This document shows positions 37,265 to 49,876 of a stretch of 64,000 nt of DNA, in pieces (position 1 is the stretch's first letter; the number at the start of each line of letters is the position of its first letter). The notes below the pieces were generated by a model. The model saw nothing but the letters and a program-made list of their open reading frames with translations. It had not been told where the DNA came from and made no database searches. Source of the DNA: Octopus bimaculoides (taxonomy: Eukaryota). Both the position numbers and the translations under genes were made by a program. The DNA lies in assembly GCF_001194135.2 (NCBI RefSeq), contig NC_068982.1, positions 104,979,060 through 105,043,059 on the forward strand, in the 5' to 3' direction.

Positions 37265-37923
37265 ACATGACAGAGTGCAAATGCCCTGAGAGAAAAGTTG
37301 GACATAAGAAGTATCAGATGTGGTATGCAAGAGAGGCAACTGTGCTGGTATGGTCATGTGTTGTGTATGCATGAGGACAGCTGTGTGAAGAAGTGTCACT
37401 CCCTAACAATGGAGGGAACTTGTGGAAGAGGTAGACCCAGGAAGACATGGGATGAGACGATGAAGCACGACCTTCGAACATTAGACCTCACAGAAACCTT
37501 TGGAGGTATGCTGTGCTTGAGAAGACCTGACAAGCCAAGTGACATTGTAGCTGTGGCTGTTGCCAGTGTCACATAACTGGCCCATTTAAAAGCACCCTTC
37601 AATCATCAGGCAATTATATTGTGCTTGTGAAGACCTGTTGAACTAAGTGAAACTAGTCATGGCCGATGCCTGTGCCAGTGGCACGTAAAAAGTTCCATAC
37701 AAGTGTGGCTGACACCAGTGCTGCCTGAGTGGATCCTGTGCTGATGGCACATAAAAAGCACCCACTACACTCTGGGAGTGGTTGGCATTAGGAAGGGCAT
37801 CCAGGTGTAAAAACCTTGCCAAACCAGATTGGAGCCTGCTGCAGCCTCCTGGTTTGCCAGTCTTCAGTCAATACTTTCCAAATATGGAAAGTGGATGTTA
37901 AATAATGATGATGTTGATGATGA

Positions 37924-37925
<2 letters not shown>
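37265..37925 (+). mobile_element. 5'-truncated RTE LINE
   Basis: ORF 37298-37576 DIRSIRCGMQERQLCWYGHVLCMHEDSCVKKC...GRGRPRKTWDE; 3' UTR and (GAT)n tail. Confidence 0.88.
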
Positions 37926-37999
<74 letters not shown>

Positions 38000-38204
38000 A
38001 AATGAAAGATGGAAAATGGAATAAACGAGAATTTTTATTATTAATCATGACAATTGTTTCAACACATCTAGCATCGATTCCTCATGGGTGGACCTTTAAC
38101 TGGTTCAGGAGCATCTGGCAGTGTCTCATCAGGTAATAAATAGATACAACTATTCCACAATGAATCTTCTCATTTCGTAGAAAGAAAAGCAGCTAAGATA
38201 AGAG

Positions 38205-38375
38205 TGGTAGACAGACAAGCAGAGATTGGTAGATAGACAGACAATGATAGACAGACATTGATAGACAGACAGACCAATAAAGCTAGATAAACACTGATAG
38301 ATAGAAAAACAGACAGATAGCTAGTTAGATAGAGACAGAGAGATAGACAAAGAGACATAGAGAAAGACAGATAGA
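38205..38375. repeat. Degenerate (GATA)/(GACA)n microsatellite
   Basis: Direct reading. Confidence 0.85.
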
Positions 38376-39148
38376 TTATATACCATAGTAGATTTAGGTG
38401 CAGTACACTTTAATCAATTCAGACAATACTTTAGTATATGGTTATACATTTAGGCATTTCATTAACCTCTTGATATTAATTCCATATAAAGAATTTTCCA
38501 GAAGATCAACAGAATGATGTAAACTGCTGCAGAAGCACACAAGGGATTGAAGTGTGGAAATGATGCAGAAGCTGAAAATACTCTTAACAATGAATTACAC
38601 AAACAGTAGCTAGAGGAAGAGAAAATCACAAGGGTATAAATAATTATATATATATATATTTTTAATTAATTGGATTACATACATACCATCAAGAGATAAA
38701 ACCAAATCCCTCTCAATAGGAAATAGAAGACAGCAATGTCAAGTCACATTGGTTTTAGATTAAGGCAAGAAGGATGTTAAGACAATCATAATGACAAAAA
38801 TATAATTCTTTGAAAGGCAGAGGAATCTTAGTTAATGAAAACAGGAAAGATCTCTCAACAGAGGAAACAAAAATTAGGTATTTCTTGATAAACAAGTGAA
38901 ATGAAAATATTTCACATATCAAAAAGATAAGAGCAGTTTCATATAAACAAACAAATAATCATTTCAAATGCTAATAGAAAATTAACAGCAAAATGTAAAA
39001 TATTATTATACAAGTTTGAAAATATGTTGAGATTTTTGAAGAAAAGTTTGCCATATGTTAATTTTATAACAAAGGAAAATTATAGCATCTGATATATCAA
39101 ACTTTAGCGGCTACCAGGGAATTAAAAAAAAAAGGAAGTTTTTAATAT

Positions 39149-39655
39149 AGGTGTAGGAGTGGCTGTGTGGTAAGTAGCTTGCTTACGAACCACATGGTTC
39201 CGGGTTCAGTCCCACTGCATGGCACCTTGGCCAAGTGTCTTCTACTATAGCCTCGGGCCGACCAAAGCCTTGTGAGTGGATTTGGTAGACGGAAACTGAA
39301 AGAAGCCTGTCATATATNNNNNNNNNNNNNNNNNNNNNNNNNNNNNNNNNNNNNNNNNNNNNNNNNNNNNNNNNNNNNNNNNNNNNNNNNNNNNNNNNNN
39401 NNNNNNNNNNNNNNNNNNNNNNNNNNNNNNNNNNNNNNNNNNNNNNNNNNNNNNNNNNNNNNNNNNNNNNNNNNNNNNNNNNNNNNNNNNNNNNNNNNNA
39501 TGTGTGTGTGTGTGTGTGTATGTGTGTGTGTGTGTGTGTATGTTTGTGTGTCTGTGTTTGTCCCCCAACATCGCTTGACAACTGATGATGGTGTGTTTAC
39601 TTCCCCGTAACTTAGCGATTTGGCAAAAAAGATTGATAGAATAAGTACTAGGACT
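39149..39655 (+). mobile_element. Young SINE family B; internal microsatellite spans a gap
   Basis: ggtgtaggagtggctgtgtggtaagtagc...gggttcagtcccactgcatggcaccttggccaagtg; CpGs retained; 3' end cut by the adjacent RTE fragment. Confidence 0.88.
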
Positions 39656-39657
39656 AT

Positions 39658-39945
39658 GATGAATAAGAAGGGGCTGAGGACTGATCCTTGGTGGACCCTA
39701 CCCCTACTCAGAATTCTTCACTGTACTCATTGCCAACCCTCACCTTACTGACAGCATCCCTGTACATGGCTTGCACAGCTCTCACTAACCATTCATCTAT
39801 TCCTAGTTTCCTCATTGACCACCAGATAAGGGATCGGGGGACCCTGTTAAAGGCTTTCACCATGTCAACGTAAGCTAGGTACAGAGGTTTATCTTTGGCT
39901 AGGTATTTCTCTTGCAGCTGTCTTACCAGAAATATAGCATCAGTG
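39658..39945 (-). mobile_element. RTE reverse transcriptase fragment
   Basis: TDAIFLVRQLQEKYL..KPLYLAYVDMVKAFNRVP...GVHQGSVLSPFLF. Confidence 0.9.
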
Positions 39946-40269
39946 GCGCTTAATGGTAGGAGATTGCCAAGGATGTGTGAATAGAGAGGTTATGAAATTG
40001 CAAAAGGGGAGAGGGAAGGGAAAGGGGGGACATGCTGTGAGTGGTGAAACACAGGTAAATAGGGGAATGACAGGGTAGCAATGATACAGTTGGTAAGGGA
40101 AGGAGAGGAGAGAGAGAGAGAGAGATGACAGAGTGGTATTGATCAGCAGGTGTGGGGAAAGAGAGATAAGCATAATGCATGAAGAAGCAATGTAGTTTGG
40201 TTCATTGGAGTAGGGTGAATGAATTAATGCTACATGTAGGTGGAAAAGACAGTACCCCAGAACTCAGTT

Positions 40270-42300
40270 TTGTTGAAGTGGGTGGATCTTCTCAAGAACC
40301 TCATATCACCAGACATCTTGGTCCATTGTCATTACCTGGATGCAACACCTTGAGACTGGATCTTACTACTTCATCTCATGTTTTCCTGGGTCTCCCTCTT
40401 CCACAAGTGCCATCCATTTAAAGCAGTTGGCACTTCTTTATACAGCTGTCTTTGTTCATGCACGTCACATGTCCAAACCAACATAGTCCCTTTTGAATGC
40501 TACATCTAATTCCTCTTATACCCAGCTTTTCTCTCAGCATAATTGTACTTTGTTGCACACACACACTGATGTTGTATATACATAGGAGCATACTAGCTTC
40601 ATACTTTTCCAGTCTGCACATTCTCTGCATTCAGTACCGATGTCTCACTGCCATGGAGCATAGCTGTTCATACACAAGCATCATACAATCTGCCTTTCAC
40701 TCTAAGAGAGAGGCCTTTTGTTGCCAATAGAAGTAATAGCTCTCTAAATTTTCTCCATCCTATTCTTATTCTAGAAACAATACTTTCAGAACATCCTCTG
40801 ACACTATTAATTTGGTCACCTAGGAAACAGAAACAATTTACAACCCTAAAGGAGTCTCCTGGGTGTTTGAGATAGTCTAATTTCCTTGTTCCTTTAGTGT
40901 TTATTGTTCCTTTGCACCTTCCACATACAAACACGACTCTCTGCTGACCTACTGTGAATGAATGAAATTTCTTCCAACACATTTCCTACATATTGAGCAG
41001 AGTCATCCACCTGATAGAAAGAGTCTTATCCACTTTCTGGCAAACAACGTTGGTCTTTGCTATATTAACTTTAAAGCCCTTTGATTCCAAGTTTTCTTCT
41101 CCAATTTCATTACAGATTCTGCTATAAGTGTGAGGTTACCAGCATACAGTAGTTTCCACAGGCAGCCAGTTTTAAATCCTCCCATTATGGCCTGGAAGAC
41201 TATGATGAATAAGAGGGATTGAGAACTGAGCCCTGATGAACACTTACTTGTACACTAAATTTGTTACTGTACTCATGGCCTACTCTCACCCAACTGACAG
41301 CTCCACTATACACAGCTTATATGGCTCTAACAAGCCACTCATCTACTCCTAATTTCCTTAGAGACCACCAGATAACAGAACAAGGGATTCTGTCAAAAGC
41401 TTCTTCAGTTCAACAAAAGCCAAGTACAATGGTTTACTTTTGATCAGATATTTCTCCCACAGCTGTCTTACTAGGAAGATGGAATCTGTGTTACTCTTCC
41501 CAGGCACAAAACCAAACAGCATTTAATCTAGTTGAATTCTATTCCCAATAAATTGGGATATAGCTCTCTCTATAACTTTCATGACTTGGCCCAGCAGTTT
41601 GATACATCTGTAGTTGTTTCTATTAAAGGCATCACCTTTACTCTTGTAGCAACTAACTATAATACTACATCTGTCTTTAGGAATGATGCCTTCCTGGATA
41701 ACCTGATTAACTATATGAGTGACTAGACTATATCTTACTCCACCAGATATTTTAAGCATTTCAACAGTGATTCTTGATGGTCTAGAGCAGTATTTCCCAC
41801 GATAACTTTCTAGAAAAATGTATGCCCCACCATTGTTTGGTAAAAAACAGCTTTATTTTTAATATTTCATAATGATATACTTTCCTTAAAGAAATATCCA
41901 CACTATGGCATTTGATTAGTGCTATACTGTAGCAAACAGTCTTCACACAGTGTGCTTGGCTGGATGGAGGGATTGGTTTGGCTAGGCTGTGTATAGGTGG
42001 AGTATTTGCTGAGAAAATAAGATTTTCACAATTCCATGTCTCACTAAAAAAAAAGAAGAAAAGAAAAAAATTTGGACTCCACACCCCACCACAATTTTCC
42101 CAGGTTCCTCCAGTGGGAATCACTGGTCTAGAGGCTTTCCCAGTCTTCATATCCTTAATTGCTTTATCTATCATACTACTGTCATGTCAGCAGTATAACC
42201 CAACAGAGAGAGACCAGCCACCGGAGTTGATATGTCAACTCTGGTGGCTGATCCCTCAGTTAGGTCCATATTTGAAAGACCCTGCTTCTCTCATGCATTA
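40270..42300 (-). mobile_element. Decayed RTE LINE ORF (pre-RT, RT and C-terminal regions), interrupted by an hAT MITE
   Basis: IDKAIKDMKTGKA | EMLKISGG...YKSKGD...NYRCIKLL...FGFVPG...VHQGSVL...FLGDQ...IRIGWRKFRELL...KGRLYDACV. Confidence 0.9.
41788..42125. mobile_element. hAT (Charlie-like) MITE
   Basis: TIRs cagtatttcccac / gtgggaatcactg; exact 8-bp TSD gtctagag (41780-41787, 42126-42133). Confidence 0.9.
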
Positions 42301-42498
42301 ATATCATTATCATCATCATTATTCTTTAACTTCCATTTTCCATGCCTGCATGGGCTAGACCACATGGCTTATATAGCTCTAACAAACCACTCATCTTAAT
42401 ATATACATATAAATGTCTTTTATGTTGAGTTATACTAAAAAGAATTTTACATTAATCTGATGAGATAGTAGAGTACAAAATTCTTATTCTTATAGAAG

Positions 42499-42603
42499 AA
42501 TGCTGTTGACAGTGACTTCAAACTTTTGGCTAGTTAAGCCATTGTCAGACTGTCTGACAATTGCTTAAATGGCAGAAGTTTCAAAGTTACTGTCAACAAC
42601 ATT
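42499..42603. repeat. Imperfect palindrome of about 105 bp (probable palindromic MITE)
   Basis: aatgctgttgacagtgac...attgtcagac-t-gtctgacaat...gttactgtcaacaacatt. Confidence 0.85.
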
Positions 42604-42604
42604 C

Positions 42605-42648
<44 letters not shown>

Positions 42649-42908
42649 ATATAATGTGACACTAACATACTTGTGACAGGCATATCTGTCATTCCAATAT
42701 ATTAATGGCGCTTGTCTCTCACCTCTTCTTACTCCACAAACCAGTCTGTATTTCAAAGACTACTCCCACAAACCAAACAGATGTGACAAGGTTTAGAACC
42801 AGAATCATGATCACAACTTTTTAACCTGATTCCTAACATTCCTCACTGACATTATTTGAAAATTAAAAAAATACATCCTGTCTTAATTTGTCTAAGAAGC
42901 ATGTCTTA

Positions 42909-42993
<85 letters not shown>

Positions 42994-43491
42994 TATACTT
43001 ACATACATACACACAATAAATCTATTTACTTAGTTCTTGGATAGTATGTCGACTTGTTAAATATTTCATAATAGTTTCTTTCATAATTGTCTTGTTTCTA
43101 TCACCTTTAATTTCTCTTATCTTTTATTCATTCATCTACTTCAGGGATAACAGTTACCTGATCAGGCCAAAATAAGAAAAATATAGAAGTAGCGTCATTC
43201 TTTGTTGCACATCAAGACAAACAGGGCTCAGTTATAAAGAATGTCAGCTATTAAAAACCAGTCATTTCGCATTTCATATAACATTCTCTACCCAGATTAC
43301 ATCTTACTTTGGTACACTTATGAACAATCTAATTCACTGACCTTCTTTTATTCATGTTGCTGCTTCATGTTATCAATCATTTTGATGATGTGATTCTACC
43401 CAAATGTTTCATTGAACATGAATCACTTATAACAACTTAGTGAGACAACAATTTCAGTATAATTTGGGATTGCATATGAAGTCACGTAAAT

Positions 43492-43748
43492 CAGTGGTTC
43501 CCAAACTTTTTTGGGGGTGCCACTACCTTGACGCCCAGGCCTAGCACCTCCACCCCTACTAACCATCACAAACATAGACCTCTTTCTGAAGCAAATTCAA
43601 AGCAACTGTATTTAACAAATAAAACTTAACCTAATGAACCCATTATTTTATTGTTTTTACATGACTAGCTACCCCACTATCGCCCCACTTTTCTTGGAAC
43701 TTTCCACTGCCCCCAGGGGAGCAATACTGCCCACTTTGGGAACCATTG
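43492..43748. mobile_element. hAT (Charlie-like) MITE
   Basis: TIRs cagtggttcccaaa / tttgggaaccattg; 8-bp TSD acgtaaat / acttaaat (7 of 8). Confidence 0.88.
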
Positions 43749-43892
43749 ACTTAAATCACCATGTTTGAAAATAGAGTTGATAATCAAGACATGTACAGCA
43801 AGAAAAATGCAATTACAGGGGATCTTCAGTAAATAAAAGTTTTAAATATTTCTATTTTAATTAAGAATTAATTAAGTGGGTAATGATTAGTT

Positions 43893-44100
43893 GGTGTGGG
43901 TGTGTGGTTAAGTGGTTAAGCAGATTGCTTCCCAACCACATGGTGTTGGGTTCAGTTCCATCGTGCAGTACCTTGGGCAAGTATCTTCTACTATAGCTCC
44001 AGGCCAGCCAAAACTTTCTGAATGTATTTGGTAGATGAAAACTGAAGAAAGCCCATTGTATTTCAACACTCACACATACACACACACACACTAGTGTGTG
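43893..44100 (+). mobile_element. SINE family B, 5' half (another at 44715-44975)
   Basis: gggttcagttccatcgtgcagtaccttgggcaagtatcttctactatagc. Confidence 0.75.
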
Positions 44101-45811
44101 TATTTGTGTGCATGTGTGCTTGTGTATACACTTGTTTTGATATCATATGCTGGTTGTAAATGAGCATCGCTGTCAACTAAGCGATGCTATTCATTTTCAG
44201 TCTTCCATGGGAAAACAGGTTTGGCTAAGGAGAAATATCATCCTGCAGGGGAACGGTGAGAGTTGGCAACAGAAAGGACATCTGACCACATAGAAAATCT
44301 GCCTCAACAAATTCCATCTGACCCATGCAAGTATGGAAAAATGGACGTTAAATGATGATGAAGATGATACTAAATATCAGAAGCATCAATTTGAAACAGT
44401 TACAGTTACTTCAGATAAAATAGAGGAGAAACAGTTTTTAATACCGAATTTGAGATATAGCAGGCCGTATGTAATTTGACCAGTAACACTGCTGCTCAGG
44501 AAGCAATAAGTAAATGACTTGTGTTTTTTTTTTTTTTGTTTCTAAGTGGAGCATGTAATATCTATTAGCACACAGGTAGAGATATTGATCTTAAGTTTGA
44601 CTTTCAATCACTTTGATTTCAGTGGGCTAAAAAAACAAACGTAAATACATCTATTCTCATTTATTACAGGGGTTTGTTTAAAAAAAAAACAGTGATAAAT
44701 GAATCATGAATATGGATTCAGTCCCATTGCATAGTACCTTGAGCAGGTATCTTCAGCTATAGCCTTAGGTTAGCCAAAAGATTGTGAGTGGATTTGGTTG
44801 ACATGATCAGAAAGCAACCTGTTGTGTGTGTGTGTTTATGTGTGTGTGTGTGTGTATGTGTGTGTGTGTGTGTGTATGTGTGTGTGCGCCCACGTGTACA
44901 TGCACATGGGTGTGTGTGTGTATATGCTTATATGTGTGTGTGAGTGTTTGTGTGTCTTTGTATCTTGAGTTGTAAATGTACATCATCTTCATAGAAATGT
45001 TGTCCAGTTCTACTCTTCTGTAGAAATATGCTCAATCAGGGGAAAAAAATAACTCACGTGGAAACAAGTGAGGGTTTGGCAAAAGGAAGGGCTTCCGGTC
45101 ATAGAAAACCTGCCTCAACTAATTCCATCCAACCCATGCAGGCATGGAAAAGTGAACGTTTAAAGAATGATGATAATGATGATATACATTTATTGATTAT
45201 ACATATCTACACATGCACACATTTTTCTTTGCAACTCGCCAGGACCAAAAATTCTTGTTGCATTACCCATCAATGGATTAATATGATAAGAACATGTGGT
45301 ATGAATAGATATCACACAGAAGCAATGATACGAATTAATACTGGTAGCCAGAATAGAGTTAGGCCAAAGATGTAGTTCAGAATGACCTGAGCGGAATCGG
45401 TGCTAGCTAGGAAATCTAAGAATAGATATGCAGCTGGAGACCTTGTCAATTTTTATCACATGTAGTATAGATAGGTTAACTGACACAGCAATAGGAAGGA
45501 TGAAATAGCTAAATGTACGTGCACACATGCACACACATGTACATTGTATATACAGATACACACATGAGCATGAACGTTTATATGGATATACACATTAGTA
45601 TACACATGCAGACAGATATAGATATACAGGTTTATATAAAAATAGATATCAGTACACCCACACACGTGTGTGTGGTTACATACATAGATATGTGTGTGTG
45701 TGTGCGTTTATTTGCTATATGCATAAATATAGGAACTGATGCATATGCGTTTGCATATATGCATATATATAGGAACACATACATATGAATGAGTTTGTTT
45801 CCATGTATGAA

Positions 45812-45853
<42 letters not shown>

Positions 45854-46409
45854 GGAACTAATGCACATGAGTTTGTTTGCATATATGCATATAGATATAA
45901 GACCACACATTTACTGACATATATAGAGGTATATCAATTCATACAAAAATAGATACCAACATAGAAACGCATGAATACATGCAGATGGAAACAGAGATAC
46001 ACCAATTCTTACAAAAATAGATGCAAACACATATTCTCACACAAACATACAAACACACAAACATACCGACATATATATGTACATTAACATATGTGAAATA
46101 CAGAGATAGCAAAAAAATAAATGCAAGCAAAAATAACACACATGTGCATGCATATGATTCACATATACAAAACAGAGATGCATATACATGCACCATAGAT
46201 AAACACATGTATACATAACTGAGAGACACATATATGCATATATGTAACAGAGTTTGCAGACATGCACAGCTAACATATATATGTGCACTTCACACACACA
46301 GATACACACATGCACAAATAAATATTACAGACACAGGTATGCTACACAATTACATATATACATCCAAATGTACATATGTGTAAGCACACATACATGCAAA
46401 TAAACTTGG

Positions 46410-46442
<33 letters not shown>

Positions 46443-46679
46443 TAGAAACACCAACACACATGCATACATACAGAGAAGCAGCCACACACATATATACAGA
46501 CACACATACACAGAATTTCTTCACAGATGCAGGTGCATATGTACTTGTATAAGTGCTCAAAATTCTACCCAAAATGTCTGATAGCAAAAACACGTGAGAA
46601 AAGATGGTTTTTATGGAACTATAAGATTCTTTTTTTTTTGTTTTTAATGATGGTCTGCAAATATGGTCTGATAGGAGAT

Positions 46680-47310
46680 TTTATCATTTATCTCTTACTT
46701 GTTTCAGTCATTGGACTACGATCATGCTGGGGCACAACCTTGACAGGTTTAGTCAAACAGATTGACCCCAGTATTTAGTATTTTTTTTTAAAGTCTGGTG
46801 CTTATTCTCTTCATCTTTTTTTGCTGAACTGTTAAGTTACAGGGATATAAACAAACCAACACTGGTTGTCAAGTGGTGGTGGAGACAACACAAAGACATA
46901 CATACATACACACACACTTTTCAATATGTGGAACCATTAATCTCGACATTTTTTCTCTCTCTCCATTTTTTGCCTCATCCCTTTCTGTTGAAGAGCATAG
47001 GCTTGAAATATCAAAGACTTTTCCATTTTTCCTGAACATCAAACGAATACACCTTGCTTGTTGTTCCCTCACCTGTCTGTTTTTTATTTTTTGTACATTT
47101 AAACCACACACACACACACATATTTACATATGCACAATATATATGTATATATATTTACACACACACACTATGGGCTTCCACACAGTTTTGTCTTCCAAAT
47201 TCACACAAAGCATTGGTTGGCCTGGGCTATAGCAGAAAACACTTGACCAAAGTGCAGCTCAGTGAGACTGAACCTGAAATCACATGGTTGCAAAGCGAGC
47301 TTCTTTATCA
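46680..47310 (-). mobile_element. SINE family B with a foreign insert of about 180 bp (46920-47100) in its microsatellite
   Basis: 3' half 46690-46915 and 5' half 47170-47310 flank unrelated sequence. Confidence 0.75.
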
Positions 47311-48169
47311 TAGAAATTATGTCTATTTTTACTGTGGCCAAGGAAGTGGTACATGCCCACAGAATGAAAACACTCTCCTGGATCATAGTGAGTTAAGACT
47401 AAGACTTCATTGTAATACTCACAGAAAAGTAACACTGGTGGTTATTTATGAAGAATTTAACCCGGAGAATGGTATATTAGAGGAACCCATGAAAGGAAAG
47501 AAGAAACAAGAAGTTTACAGAGTGGTCTTAGTTCCTCCTGCTCATCATGGAGCAGAAGGATTCACATGATAAGAGATCTCCACCCAGCAGTGTCAGAAGC
47601 TCTGTCATGAGTCTGTTCTCAGATCAAACCCATAGCTGTCAGGTTTTCTTCAGTCCTCACCCAGACCTTGACAGCTCTTCCCCCGCCCCCACTTACACTC
47701 CTATTTCTGATTTCCAGTCATGATAGTTCTCAATATAAATTTTTAAAATGCTATATATAAAACGCTATATACAGGACAGTGGAGTTAACTGTGGTGTGGA
47801 GGTGTTAGGGAAAACTAAGTGAATATATTTCAATGAAAAGGTGAAGAGACAGCAAGTTCCAAAGAACATTATGTTCAGTCTTATAACTTAGTAATAACGA
47901 AAATCACCAAAGGAGATAATGAGATGCTTCTATGTAGGTGCTTGACCTGCCACAAATAGTAGAAAAAATTTCCTCAAATCAGACTCTAGTCTTCAAAAAA
48001 AGAACTATACATTTAATTATGTAGTCATAAATACATTAAATCAGGGAAAAAGCAAAGTGCTACATTGTGGGATTGGACCAAGGACCTCATGGTTGCCAAC
48101 CAAACTTCTTAACCATTTGGCCATACAACACTTACACACACACATGTGTATATATAGTTTTCGTATGTG

Positions 48170-49300
48170 GCAGATGCTCAGGAGCAATAAACATGGAAAA
48201 TGTGCAGAGAACAACTTCTGCCACATTCCAAGGAGAAAAACTAGAAATAGTTGATAGCTTCCGCTACCTAGGTGACCAAGTCAGTAGCAGGGGTAGTTGC
48301 TCTGAAAGTGTAGCTGCTAGAAAAAGAATAGTCTGGGCAAAGTTCAGAGAGCTCCTGCCTCTGCTGGTGACAAAGGGCCTCTCGCTCAGAGTAAAAGGTA
48401 GACAGGATGACACGTGTACAAACAGCCATGCTACATGGCAGTGAAACATGGGCCGTGACTGCTGAGGACATGCGTAAGCTTGCAAAGAATGAAGCTAGTA
48501 TTCTCCGCTGGATGTGTAATGTCAGTGTGCATACTCGACAGAGTGTAAGCGCCTTGAGAGAAAAGTTGGACCTAAGAAGCATCAGATGTGGTGTGCAAGA
48601 GAGACGACTGCGCTAGTATGGTCATGTGGTGAGAATGGATAAGGATAGCTGTGTGAAAATGTGCCACACCCTAGCGGTTGAGGGAACCTGTGGAGAAGGT
48701 AGACCCAGGAAGACCAGGGATGAGATGGTGAAGCACGACCATCGAACATTAGGCCTCACCAAGGCAATGACTATTGACCGAGACCTTTGGAAATATGCTG
48801 TGCTTGAGAAGACATGGCAAGCCAAGTGAGACCATAACCCGTGGCCTATGCTAGGGGTGTAACCAGCCCACTTATGCATACCTTTCCTTCATTGGACACA
48901 AAACTCTGCTTGCAAAGACCTGTTGAAGCAAGTGAAATCGAAATCGAAATCAAATTCGATGACAGCACCGCATAACTGGCATCTGTGCTAGTGGAGTGCT
49001 AAGAGAACCATCTGAACGTGATCGTTGCCAGGGCCGCTGACTGGCTCCCGTGCAGGTGGCACGTAAAAAAACATCATTTGAGCGTGGCCGTTGCCAGTAC
49101 CGCCTGACTGGCCCTCGTGCCGGTGGCACGTAAAAGCACCCACTACACTCTCGGAGTGGTTGGCGTTAGGAAGGGCATCCATCTGTAGAAACTCTGCCAG
49201 ATCAGATTGGAGCCTGATGCAGCCATCTGGCTCGCTAGTCCTCAGTCAAATCATCCAACCCATGCCAGCATGGAAAGCGGACGTTAAATGATGATAATGA
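48170..49300 (+). mobile_element. 5'-truncated RTE LINE, best-preserved copy (ORF C-terminus to 48829 plus 3' UTR)
   Basis: LEIVDSFRYLGDQ...WAKFRELLPLLVTKGLSLRVKGR / TAMLHGSETWAV...RWMCNV...ERRLR*YGHVVRMD...GRPRKT...; (GAT)n tail. Confidence 0.92.
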
Positions 49301-49321
49301 TTATATGTACACACATACATA

Positions 49322-49359
<38 letters not shown>

Positions 49360-49360
<1 letters not shown>

Positions 49361-49760
49361 GATGATGGCCATCCACTCGTGATTGAGGGAGAACATTGCC
49401 GACCTTCAGGAACATTGTGCGCTCTAGGACTAACTTATATTTTGCTCCGTTGGTGGCTAATGAGCCCTACTCTTGACAAGCATGCATGACTGCACACATT
49501 GCAGACCAAGCTTTCCCCATTCACTATACGAGCCGTGCACTTTCGCGCAGCTCGCTTAAGTTCTTCATGCTGGATAGTGCTCTCTCAAAAGTGTCGATCC
49601 CCTCCTTAACCTGGTTCCTCCATCTGTGGCGATGACAGGCATTGTTCTCCCAGTCAGTGTCCTGCATATCAGAGGCCTTTAATGAGGACTTGACACAGTC
49701 CTTAAATCGCAGCCTTGGTTTCTGCCGGAGTTTCCTTCCATTCACAAGTTCTCCATATAT
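49360..49760 (-). mobile_element. Second RTE lineage (BovB-like), ORF C-terminus and 3' UTR
   Basis: YGELVNGRKLRQKPRLRFKDCVKSSLKA...WENNACHR.RWRNQVKEGI..FE, matching the LYGEL..G.R..G....R.KD.LK..LK end of RTE-BovB-type ORFs. Confidence 0.8.
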
Positions 49761-49812
49761 ATATGGAGAACTTGTGAATGGAAGGAAACTCCGGCAGAAA
49801 CCAAGGCTGCGA
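49707..49812. repeat. Perfect 106-bp palindrome ending at a 10-N gap
   Basis: tcgcagcc...ccatata|tatatgg...ggctgcga, no mismatch and no loop. Confidence 0.95.
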
Positions 49813-49843
49813 NNNNNNNNNNTATATATACATATACATACAT

Positions 49844-49876
<33 letters not shown>

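Noticed and set aside
47054-47620. 171-aa ORF ending EVYRVVLVPPAHHGAEGFT
   Set aside because: The 5' part is SINE and microsatellite; the end resembles the RTE motif KVYRAVVLPTLLYGSETW, so it is an old LINE remnant
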